Of a stretch of 25,059 nucleotides of DNA, positions 6,708-15,300 are shown piece after piece. Made by a program: the position numbers and the translations under genes. Source of the DNA: Candidatus Poribacteria bacterium (GTDB lineage: Bacteria; Poribacteria; WGA-4E; UBA9662); assembly GCA_036339735.1 (NCBI GenBank), contig JAYZAL010000090.1:1-25059 (forward strand), read 5' to 3'. Every line of letters starts with the position of its first letter. The stretch's first letter is position 1. The notes under the pieces were generated by a model. The model was given only the letters and a program-made list of their open reading frames with translations, was not told the DNA's origin and did no database searches.

Positions 6708-9700
6708 ATGAGTGTATCTAAGCATTCTTTTTTTAATGGCTTGTTTGCTGTGGTGGGAACAATCGGGCTGATCTTTCTGTACGGTTGTAGTGGTGCTCTA
6801 GCACCACAGAGCCTCGGCCCACAAGAACCACTGCTTCAGACGATTGAAGGCCAAGCCAAATTTTCGGCCCGATTCCAATTGGAAGAAGAGCCACAATTCT
6901 TCTATGACTTGTTCGGTAAAGAACTCTTGGAAGGTAATGAAGTTTATAACTACCGTGAAATGAAGGAGTTTGACCAAAATGGTGAGTTGGTTGTCGGTTG
7001 GACCGGCCAACTAGACAGTGAGCGCTTTAGTGCTCAGTTGGACCGTACAGTCCTAACAGAAGACAGCTTTAAGGGCAGACACGTTGAATTCGCAATCGGC
7101 GATGATATGAGGATAAAACCCTCAACGTTATTCCCTAACCGTTACATCATTTACAAGACTGAATTTGATGGTTTTCGATGGGATTTGTCCTTCTCTCAGG
7201 AACGTCATCTTTTTACCCTTCTCAATTCCCGTATTTCGAACCCAGTTAAGCTTTCGGATGCAGCAGCTAACTTAGCTCCGACACTTGGGCGACGAAACGG
7301 ATTGAATGAGGATGCCGGCATGCGCCACATCGAAAATGCACGCTTGGTCGGTTTCCGTGCACAGGGATTATTGGGTGATGTTTTCCGAGTAGGTGTGACT
7401 TATATCAACCTTCATAAAGAACACCCTGAGCGTGTTGAAAACCCAATGATGGGTACTGTGGCAAACACTCCGCCGGAGCAGATTGCAATAGTTTTCCGAG
7501 ATGATTCACCTGAGGATAACCACGCAGCAGTCTTTAGTGTTTTTGATCCGGCTAAGCATGCTGATTACATGAAAGGTGGAGTTGGAGCAGCTGTTAAATC
7601 TATAAAAGTTACGGTTACTACCCAAGAAATGGAAGAGCCAGAGCCACTCACGCCGGAAGAAATTAAGGAAGGCAAACGTCCTGGAAAGCCAACCCCTAAA
7701 CCCGCTGAAACGCTGCCCGCTATCGAAGTTGACATGAGCGAAGTTGTTGCGGTACCTGGCAGTAAATTGATCGAAGCCGGCGACTATAAGCTCGTTGAAG
7801 GCTTTGACATGATGGCTTATGTCTTCGATTTCGCTAAAAACGATATAGACATTCATACAGTCAAAAATGTTGAATTCGAAATGGATGTGGCCGGTGACTA
7901 TAATATCGTGGTTCAAGGATTCAGTAAGGCCAACATGAATGCGGATGATCCGTTATTGGCTGAATGGATCAAGACTGCTGACGGACACATTGACATGCCT
8001 TATCGGGATGTTATTCAAGCACCCGGAAACTATGGGCAGACTAGCGATTTTCAGGACGATCGGGAAAATCAGCAGCAAAACCCTGATATGTGGAAAGATA
8101 CACAGAAGAAAATTCGCTATCAGTTTGGTGCTGCACGCGCAGCTACGTTGTATGGTATTGACCTCGAGGGGACCGTCAAGAACGTCTTTATCCGAGCTCA
8201 TTATTCAGTCAACGGTAAGTTTAAACAATACCCAACTGTTTCCAAAAATAATATTGGGTTTAGCCGTTTAGCCGTCGGGGCCGAAGAAGAATCTGATCCA
8301 GGTTATGGCGCAAATGTTAGCAAGGACCCCAAAACTGGTCATGTCGTTGATGCTAATGGCGTCAGAACATATGCTGACACTGACGGTGAATCATTTGAGG
8401 CCAAACTTGGCGGTTCTCCAAATGATGATGGGGAAATGCAAAGAGAGAAGGCTTGGTTCGTCAATTTGAGACAGCGTTTTGAAGTTGCTCAGCGACCGCT
8501 GTACTTGGAGCAGGCCGTTTATCATGTTGACCCAGGCTATACTACCACTTACAGAAACTTTGGTGCTAATACCGATCGAGATCAACCCTATTCGTTACCA
8601 AGAACTCCGGAATCAGGGTCAGAATTTGATCCTTATGACGAAGTCAACTACATGCTGATCGAAGATGACGATGATGATGACGATTGGCCAGATGACATCG
8701 ACTTTGATGGTGTCCTACCTCAAGCCGATGACCGGGACCAAAATGGTATCTTGGACTATCAAGAAGACTTCTTGGTTTTCGAAGCTGATCCTCCAGTTTT
8801 TGATGATTTGATTGACCTTAACAATAATGGGATCATTGATTCTTTGGAAGATGATTATGAACCAGAGTACGAGTACGGTATTAACCGAAGAGGTTACCAC
8901 TTAACCGCCAGTTACGATGTTCTCGACAATCTGACCGTCAAAGCTGGCTGGTTAAATGAGCGTGAAGTTTCAAGTGCACGCCGTAACAATAATAGGTATC
9001 TGCATGTTAACTATCAGCGAGACATTCCATCGTTTGGTACGATCTTGTTCCAAAATCGGTTTGTCCGTGTACGAGATGACATCCCAGACTACTCAATTAC
9101 GCTGTTTATTGGCGGGCAAGAAGCTGAAAGTGTCCAGGACGAGCTTGACTATTACAATGCTCGTGTTAACACATCAACACTTCAGTTCCTCTTCACACAA
9201 ATTCCAGGTTTGACGCTAGAAACTAAGTTTTTAGTCCGGATCCAGAAACAATTCTCACCGGATGATAACGAGGCCATTGCTTTGGATATGGAAGATACTG
9301 AGCGTAATGAGCGTGTTGATTTCATGGTTCCAATCGAGCAGGTTCGTGCTGATGGAGACAAGCGCGCTTCTACCATTTATCCTGATATGGGGCAAACTCC
9401 AGTCAAGTTGGAAGGTGGAAAGCTCGCTGCTAATGCTGATCCTGACGGCACAGGCTTAGACCACAACAAGGAAAATTGGAAAACACGTCGCTATGCCAGT
9501 AAAACGGCCAGAACTCAGGTTTCTATTCTGAAAGCGAAGTATGAAATACCCCTGGGTGAGTTACCATACTTTGATAAAGTTGGTGAAGATTTAACTCTGA
9601 CTCCGATGGTTAAGTTCATTTGGGATAAAGCTTTCGACCGAAAGGCTGACGAAATTCCAAAAACTTTAAATGCTAAGATTTATGTTCCAACGGATCCTGA

Positions 9701-10112
9701 ACCAGTGGAGTATCTCCGCTATAACAGGAAAAGCCGTGAAGATATAAAAGGTTTTAGAGTTGATTACCAGTTCACGCAGCGTATGAACGTCATTGCTGGT
9801 TATCAGAACAGAAAGTTCACTAATAGAGATGATAGCTTCAAGAAGTTCTTGGAGAAATTTCCAGACGATGAACCAGTTCCGTTGCTTTACCGTAAGCATC
9901 TAAGAACCAGAATACTTGAGCTTCAAGCGATTAACCGTGGTGAATGGCTTGGTTTCAATATCGTGGTTCTAGCTGGATTCAGACGAACGACTATTATGTG
10001 GACACCAGATGACCCAGTAGCGAAAGATGGTTACTTTGATGCTAATAACGAACCTACAAGTGTTAAGAGCCGAAGTAACACAACCTTCGTCAGAGCAATG
10101 ATGGGATTCTAG
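6708..10112 (+). CDS. Large lipoprotein, predicted outer-membrane beta-barrel with Asp-rich Ca-binding-type repeats; family not recognised
   Basis: 1134-aa ORF; AAGGAGG RBS at 6689-6695; lipobox LYG-C. Many alternating-polarity strands (VGFRAQG..FRVGVTYIN, LYGIDLEG..FIRAHYS, GYHLTASYD..LTVKAGWL); ends TFVRAMMGF; contains DxDxDG/DxNxNG motifs. The CDS is certain, the fold is inferred. Confidence 0.7.
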   Translation: MSVSKHSFFNGLFAVVGTIGLIFLYGCSGALAPQSLGPQEPLLQTIEGQAKFSARFQLEEEPQFFYDLFGKELLEGNEVYNYREMKEFDQNGELVVGWTGQLDSERFSAQLDRTVLTEDSFKGRHVEFAIGDDMRIKPSTLFPNRYIIYKTEFDGFRWDLSFSQERHLFTLLNSRISNPVKLSDAAANLAPTLGRRNGLNEDAGMRHIENARLVGFRAQGLLGDVFRVGVTYINLHKEHPERVENPMMGTVANTPPEQIAIVFRDDSPEDNHAAVFSVFDPAKHADYMKGGVGAAVKSIKVTVTTQEMEEPEPLTPEEIKEGKRPGKPTPKPAETLPAIEVDMSEVVAVPGSKLIEAGDYKLVEGFDMMAYVFDFAKNDIDIHTVKNVEFEMDVAGDYNIVVQGFSKANMNADDPLLAEWIKTADGHIDMPYRDVIQAPGNYGQTSDFQDDRENQQQNPDMWKDTQKKIRYQFGAARAATLYGIDLEGTVKNVFIRAHYSVNGKFKQYPTVSKNNIGFSRLAVGAEEESDPGYGANVSKDPKTGHVVDANGVRTYADTDGESFEAKLGGSPNDDGEMQREKAWFVNLRQRFEVAQRPLYLEQAVYHVDPGYTTTYRNFGANTDRDQPYSLPRTPESGSEFDPYDEVNYMLIEDDDDDDDWPDDIDFDGVLPQADDRDQNGILDYQEDFLVFEADPPVFDDLIDLNNNGIIDSLEDDYEPEYEYGINRRGYHLTASYDVLDNLTVKAGWLNEREVSSARRNNNRYLHVNYQRDIPSFGTILFQNRFVRVRDDIPDYSITLFIGGQEAESVQDELDYYNARVNTSTLQFLFTQIPGLTLETKFLVRIQKQFSPDDNEAIALDMEDTERNERVDFMVPIEQVRADGDKRASTIYPDMGQTPVKLEGGKLAANADPDGTGLDHNKENWKTRRYASKTARTQVSILKAKYEIPLGELPYFDKVGEDLTLTPMVKFIWDKAFDRKADEIPKTLNAKIYVPTDPEPVEYLRYNRKSREDIKGFRVDYQFTQRMNVIAGYQNRKFTNRDDSFKKFLEKFPDDEPVPLLYRKHLRTRILELQAINRGEWLGFNIVVLAGFRRTTIMWTPDDPVAKDGYFDANNEPTSVKSRSNTTFVRAMMGF

Positions 10113-10116
10113 GATC

Positions 10117-10168
10117 TCAGGCAAACAAAAAAGCCCTCTGGTTTCAGAGGGCTTTTTTGTTTGCCTGA
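10117..10168 (+). terminator. Intrinsic, bidirectional-type terminator; perfect 24-bp inverted repeat
   Basis: TCAGGCAAACAAAAAAGCCCTCTG-GTTT-CAGAGGGCTTTTTTGTTTGCCTGA, starting 5 nt after the stop codon. Confidence 0.9.
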
Positions 10169-10354
10169 CCAACTTCCCCAAAAGATTGGGAGGTCGACCG
10201 ATATTTGTTGCACTGGATGACCCATGTTTTTTAGTGGGTAGGGGATTGACCGAAACTTTGTATTCCCTCAGGGGTTATTACCTTTGTGGGAGATTTTTTC
10301 GATTCTAACCATTTACCGAGACTACATTATTTATTTTTATCTAGGAGAGAATGA

Positions 10355-11344
10355 ATGAAACGTTTGAGTTTGACACTAGCCCTCGTGCTTCTGGTTTTTG
10401 CCAGCTTGAGCTTTGCTCAAGATTCTACTACTGGAATCGTCCGTGGCCAAGTATTAGATACAACTAGTCAAAGAAACCCTGTTGCTGGAGTAGAAGTTAT
10501 TATTGTTGGAACTAGTGGAAATGAAGAGAGAGCTACAACAGACGAAGCTGGTTCCTATCGAATGGAAAATGTTCAGCCTGGTCGTTATTTGTTTACTATT
10601 AGTAAGGCTACTTATGGAAGTAGACAAGGATTCAAGGCCGTTACTGTTATTGCGGGTGGTGATCACTTCCAAGATTTGAAAATTACCAAAAAAGACACGG
10701 TGGTAACTTTCTTCCAGAAATTTGGCTTTGTTTTCTGGCCACTTCTTATCTGCTCCGTTTTAGCTATTACCTTCATCATCGAGCGTCTGATTAGCTTTTT
10801 AGGATCTAATAGCTCAACTATTCCATTTGATCAACTACTAGCTAGTGTGACGGACTCTGTTCGAAATGGAAATACGATGGAAGCAGTTTCGACTTGTGAA
10901 GAAGCTGGCGGTCCAGTTGCCAACGTACTGAAGGCTGGCTTGTTACAATATAGTCAAGCTCAAGTTGAAGATCGAAATGTTTCTAAGGAAGAAATTATGG
11001 AAAGTTTCTCGGAAGCAAGTTTGACTGAAATTCCAGAATTAGAATCTAACCTAGTAGTTTTGAGTACAATTGCTGCGATTTCACCACTTTTCGGTCTTCT
11101 GGGTACTGTAACAGGTATGATCAGTGCGTTTACAACTATTGCCTTAGAAGGAACTGGAGATCCACAAGAATTGGCTGGTGGTATTTCTCAGGCACTCTTA
11201 ACAACAGCAGGTGGTTTGACAATTGCCATCCCATGTTTGATTGGCTTCAACGCATTTGATTCCCAAGTAAATGGAAAAGTTAATCAGATTGAAATCGCCT
11301 CAGCTGAAGTTGTAAATGCTTTAGTTTCGAGCCAAGGTAAGTAG
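10355..11344 (+). CDS. exbB: MotA/TolQ/ExbB proton-channel protein fused to an N-terminal carboxypeptidase-regulatory-like beta-sandwich domain
   Basis: Signal peptide ending SFA-QD. TGIVRGQVLD..PVAGVEVII...ATTDEAGSYRMENVQPGRY is the CarboxypepD_reg pattern. ExbB motifs PLLICSVLAITFIIER, TIAAISPLFGLLGTVTGMI and LAGGISQALLTTAGGLTIAIP. AGGAGA RBS. Confidence 0.9.
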   Translation: MKRLSLTLALVLLVFASLSFAQDSTTGIVRGQVLDTTSQRNPVAGVEVIIVGTSGNEERATTDEAGSYRMENVQPGRYLFTISKATYGSRQGFKAVTVIAGGDHFQDLKITKKDTVVTFFQKFGFVFWPLLICSVLAITFIIERLISFLGSNSSTIPFDQLLASVTDSVRNGNTMEAVSTCEEAGGPVANVLKAGLLQYSQAQVEDRNVSKEEIMESFSEASLTEIPELESNLVVLSTIAAISPLFGLLGTVTGMISAFTTIALEGTGDPQELAGGISQALLTTAGGLTIAIPCLIGFNAFDSQVNGKVNQIEIASAEVVNALVSSQGK

Positions 11345-11358
11345 GATAAATCGTATTA

Positions 11359-11402
11359 TAGCGAACTGAAGGGGGGCAACTGTCAACTCTTCAGTTCTGC
11401 TA
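11359..11402 (+). other. Intercistronic stem-loop between exbB and the first exbD
   Basis: TAGC-GAACTGAAGGG...CTCTTCAGTTC-T-GCTA with no U-tract; ends just before the exbD RBS (GAGG 11407-11410). Confidence 0.6.
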
Positions 11403-11417
11403 AATAGAGGTAAAGAT

Positions 11418-11840
11418 ATGCCAGCAATAAAAGAAGGGAGAAAGTCAAAATCAGTTGAAATGGATATGGCTCCAATGATCGACTGTGTGTTCTTGCTCTT
11501 GATTTTCTTTATGGTTGCCACAACCTTTGCACCAATGCCGGGACTTCGGGTGCAGTTACCACCTCCAGGAAAGCCAAATCCAAACAAACCGAAAGGATTA
11601 ATCATCAGGGTTGCAAACCCGGACGCAGGCCAATACCAAGGTACGATGATGCTTAATGAAGACGTTGTTCAGTTTGATGATCTATTTAATATGCTTGTTA
11701 ATAAGCCTGATGAAATGAAAAGTATGTTAATTATTCAGTCTGAGCGAGACGTAATGCATGAGCAAGTTGTCCGAGTAATGGATGTTGCTAAACAGTCAGG
11801 TATTGTAAAAATTGGTTTCGCTGTGGTTGCCAGAGAATAA
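11418..11840 (+). CDS. exbD: Biopolymer transporter ExbD/TolR family protein (copy 1)
   Basis: MAPMIDCVFLLLIFFMV transmembrane segment with the conserved Asp; LIIQSERDVMHEQVVRVMDVAKQSGIVKIGF periplasmic motif. Confidence 0.92.
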   Translation: MPAIKEGRKSKSVEMDMAPMIDCVFLLLIFFMVATTFAPMPGLRVQLPPPGKPNPNKPKGLIIRVANPDAGQYQGTMMLNEDVVQFDDLFNMLVNKPDEMKSMLIIQSERDVMHEQVVRVMDVAKQSGIVKIGFAVVARE

Positions 11841-11864
11841 GCCAAAAGGAGAATTACTAATAAT

Positions 11865-12275
11865 ATGGCTATTAAAAGACGTATAAAAGACAGAGATACG
11901 GAGCTGCAAATGGCTCCAATGATCGACTGTGTGTTTCTGCTTCTGATTTTCTTTATGGTGACAGCAGTCATGAAAGTAGAACCAAACTTTACTATTACCT
12001 TGCCACGATCAGATACTCAACATGAATTTCCCCGAAAAAAATATAACGTATTTGTCGGGCAAAATGATGAGATTGCTGTTGATGATCAAGTATTTGACCT
12101 AGAAAGTATGGAACGTTTCCTTGCTTCACACAAGGATCATATTAGTACTCTGATTATCAAAGGCGACAAGCGGGCCAAACATGGTACTATTATCGATGTG
12201 ATGGAACGTGCTAAGTTGCAGCTTGATAATGAAGATGGCCAAGAAATTGCCTTAGCAGTTAGGGAAGAAAAGTAA
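11865..12275 (+). CDS. exbD: Biopolymer transporter ExbD/TolR family protein (copy 2)
   Basis: Same MAPMIDCVFLLLIFFMV segment; ITLP motif; LIIKGDKRAKHGTIIDVMERAK; AGGAG RBS. Confidence 0.92.
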   Translation: MAIKRRIKDRDTELQMAPMIDCVFLLLIFFMVTAVMKVEPNFTITLPRSDTQHEFPRKKYNVFVGQNDEIAVDDQVFDLESMERFLASHKDHISTLIIKGDKRAKHGTIIDVMERAKLQLDNEDGQEIALAVREEK

Positions 12276-12302
12276 CAGTTCTAGCGTTCCCTAATTGGAT
12301 GG

Positions 12303-12340
12303 AAAGGCAGCAAACATCAGTTTGCTGCCTTTTTTGTTTT
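12303..12340 (+). terminator. Intrinsic terminator of the exbBDD operon
   Basis: AAAGGCAGCAAAC-ATCA-GTTTGCTGCCTTT followed by TTTGTTTT. Confidence 0.85.
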
Positions 12341-12391
12341 ATACGTATTTTTTTAGAATTCTCAATCCTATTAGCAAATTACGAGGGTACG

Positions 12392-15300
12392 ATGCTTCTG
12401 AAACAGAGCTTGATCATTCCATTATTATTTTGTTTTTTATCTTCTTTGTCATTTGCTCAAAATCAAAGTCTGTTGCCTTATTATAATCAGTTGCAACAAC
12501 TATCTAAGCAAACAGATCAAACAGAAGAAACAGATCAAACAGATCAAACAGAAGAAACAGATCAAACAGATCAAACAGAAGAAACAGAAGAAACAGATCA
12601 AACAGATCAAACAGAAGAAACAGAAGAAACAGATCAAACAGATCAAACAGATCAAACAGAAGAAACAGATCAAACAGATCAAACAGATCAAACAGATCAA
12701 ACAGAGACAACAAACGATGATCTTCTATCACAAAAATCTAGCAAAAAAAAACCTCAGAGATTTGGTTATCAATATTTTGAAGGGGCAAGGAAGAGAATTC
12801 TGAGATTAGAACAACAATTACAAACTAAGGGAGTTCCTCAAGCAAAAATCCAAGATGCTATTGGTGGTTTTGTTGGACCAATAGAAATGATGCAAGGGAA
12901 TGTAAATGCACAAATACCTCATAATCGGATATTGGCTCCTGGAGATAAATTGACCTTAATTTCTTGGAGTGATCAAACACCGCTTAAAAAAAGTGAAATT
13001 GTGGTAGACGCACAAGGTTACGCCATCCTACCACCAGTAGGAAAATTAGTCGTCAGGGGTATGACACTAACACAGTTTGAAAAAATTGCCCAAGAAGCAT
13101 TCTCCCATAAACAATTTACGGACCTAAAAGTCGTTGCTAGTTTTATGGAACTCCATACTATACAAGTTTTTATCACTGGTTGGGTTTTTCGTCCAGGCAC
13201 CTATGCTACTAGCAGTGTAACTAGTGTTTTTAATGCGCTCTATCTGAGCGGTGGGCCAAGTGAAAGTGGTGGGTTACGTAATATTCACCTGATTCGAAAT
13301 GGTGAAACAACTCATATCGATTTTTATCAATACCTAATGAAAGGAGATTCAAGCCAAGATATTCCTTTAGTGGCTGGAGACACTATCTACATCGCACCTG
13401 TCGAGAAACTTGTAGAAATTTCTGGTGAAGTCCGTCGGCCAGGCGCTTATGAAATTTTGCCAGATGACAGTTTTGATGTTTTGCTTGAAATGGCTGGGGG
13501 TATAAAACCTACAGGTTTTGCTAAAAGAATTCAAATTAATACAGTCTTACCTAATGAAGAATACATCCTAAGAGAAATTGATGTGTCAAAAAAAACAAAT
13601 CCCCCTATTTTTCATGGTGATGAAGTACGTGTCCTACCAATTCGTGATGAAGTTTTAAACATTGTCCATATTGAAGGTCTGGTAAAAAGGTCTGGTATTT
13701 ATGAGTTAAAGCCAGGGATGCGGATTGCAAACTTGATTAAACGTGCTGAGGGGTTAGCTGGAGAAGCCTTTTTAGATCGTGCAGATTTATTTCGCTTAAA
13801 TGAGGATGAAAAGACTACAGTTCTTGTTCCTCTAAATCTCCGAAAGGCTTTGGCTGAAGATACAGAACATAATCTAGAAATGAAAAGTCGAGACCGACTA
13901 GTTATCTATTCAAAATTTGAGGTTGACTGGTACCCAGAGCGAATCGTCAGAATTGAAGGTGATGTAACTAAAAGTGGTTCATATGAAAGATCCGACCGAA
14001 TGAGAATCTTAGATTTACTGACTCAAGCAGGCGGATTGAAACCAACCGCTTATTTACCGAGAGCAACACTGTTTCGTCTAAATCAACGACAACAAATGGT
14101 AATTGCAGTAACAGTCAATTTAGAACAGTTACAGAAGGGTATAGGATCTCAGAATATCCTTTTGGTAGATGGGGATACTCTTATGATTCATCGATTTGAT
14201 GAAGTTGAATGGTACGCCAAAAAAGAAGTTACTGTTACTGGTCATGTACAAAAACCTGGTATATATCCACGTCTGGATAATATGAGTGTAAATGATTTGA
14301 TCTTTCATTCTGGTGGAGTTTTACCCAACTCGGATAATGTCGCCCTAATTCTGCGTCGCAACCGAAAGTGGGTTGTGTCGGAAAGCATAAAGGTTGACTT
14401 GACAGCCCCAGATCAAGCTAACCTACAGTTGGAAGACGGCGATAACTTGATAATATATACTAAACCTGAAAGAAAATGGCAAGCCAAACGAGAAGTTATC
14501 ATTTCTGGGGCTGTACAGAATCCTGGTGTTTATGAAAGAGTAGATAATATGACGGTTAGTGATCTATTATTTCGAGCTGGTGGAACTTTGCCATCGGCTT
14601 ACTTAGATCGAGCTTATTTACAACGATTTCTACCAGATCAAGAAAGAACGAAACTAGTTCCTATCAACTTGAAACAAATTCATGATGGCGTGGAAAATGC
14701 TGATTTTCTTCTACAGGACAGAGATAATTTAACCGTATCAACCTTCCAAGAAGTTGCATACTATCCGAAACCGAATGTGACAATTTACGGAGCAGTACAA
14801 TTACCTGGGGAGTATGACTATCAAGAAGGTATGAAGTTAGCTGATCTCCTATTTTTGGCAGGAGGCAAACTACCTAATGCTAGAGACACTGCTGAAGTTG
14901 CACGAGCTTTTGGTACTGAAGAGACACAGATTCTAAAAGTTGACCTAAATAAACTATTGGATGGAGACAATAGCCAGAATATCACCTTGAATAGTAGGGA
15001 TGTTGTAACCATACCCAGCCTGCAAAATTTTCGAGAAGATCCTATAACTGTTACCATTTCAGGTCAAGTAGCTTACCCTGGAGTTTATACTATTCAACCT
15101 CAGGATCGTTTGAGCGACTTAATTAATAGAGCTGGAGGTTTGACGGACTATGCTTTTCCTGCAGGTGCTGTTTTCTCAAGGAAAGAAGAAAAATTAATTG
15201 ATAAAAATCAACTAGATGCCTTAGAAAGAACAATCAGGCAAGTAGAAGCTGAAAAAGAATACGAATATATTCGAGAATTAGCAAAAAGTCAACGAGCGTA

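Noticed and set aside
12299-12391. Longer N-terminus of the SLBB protein in the ORF track, and ORF 12295-12486
   Set aside because: Overlaps the exbD terminator. ATG 12392 has an RBS and gives a proper signal peptide.
12512-12700. Possible CRISPR array
   Set aside because: Contiguous 9-bp units with no unique spacers, in frame within a CDS, and no cas genes nearby.
12453-12803. ORFs 12453-12803 (+), 12500-12700 (-) and 12504-12731 (-) with KQI, CLI and LFD repeats
   Set aside because: These are alternative frames of the 9-bp tandem repeat inside the export gene, open only because the repeat lacks stop codons.
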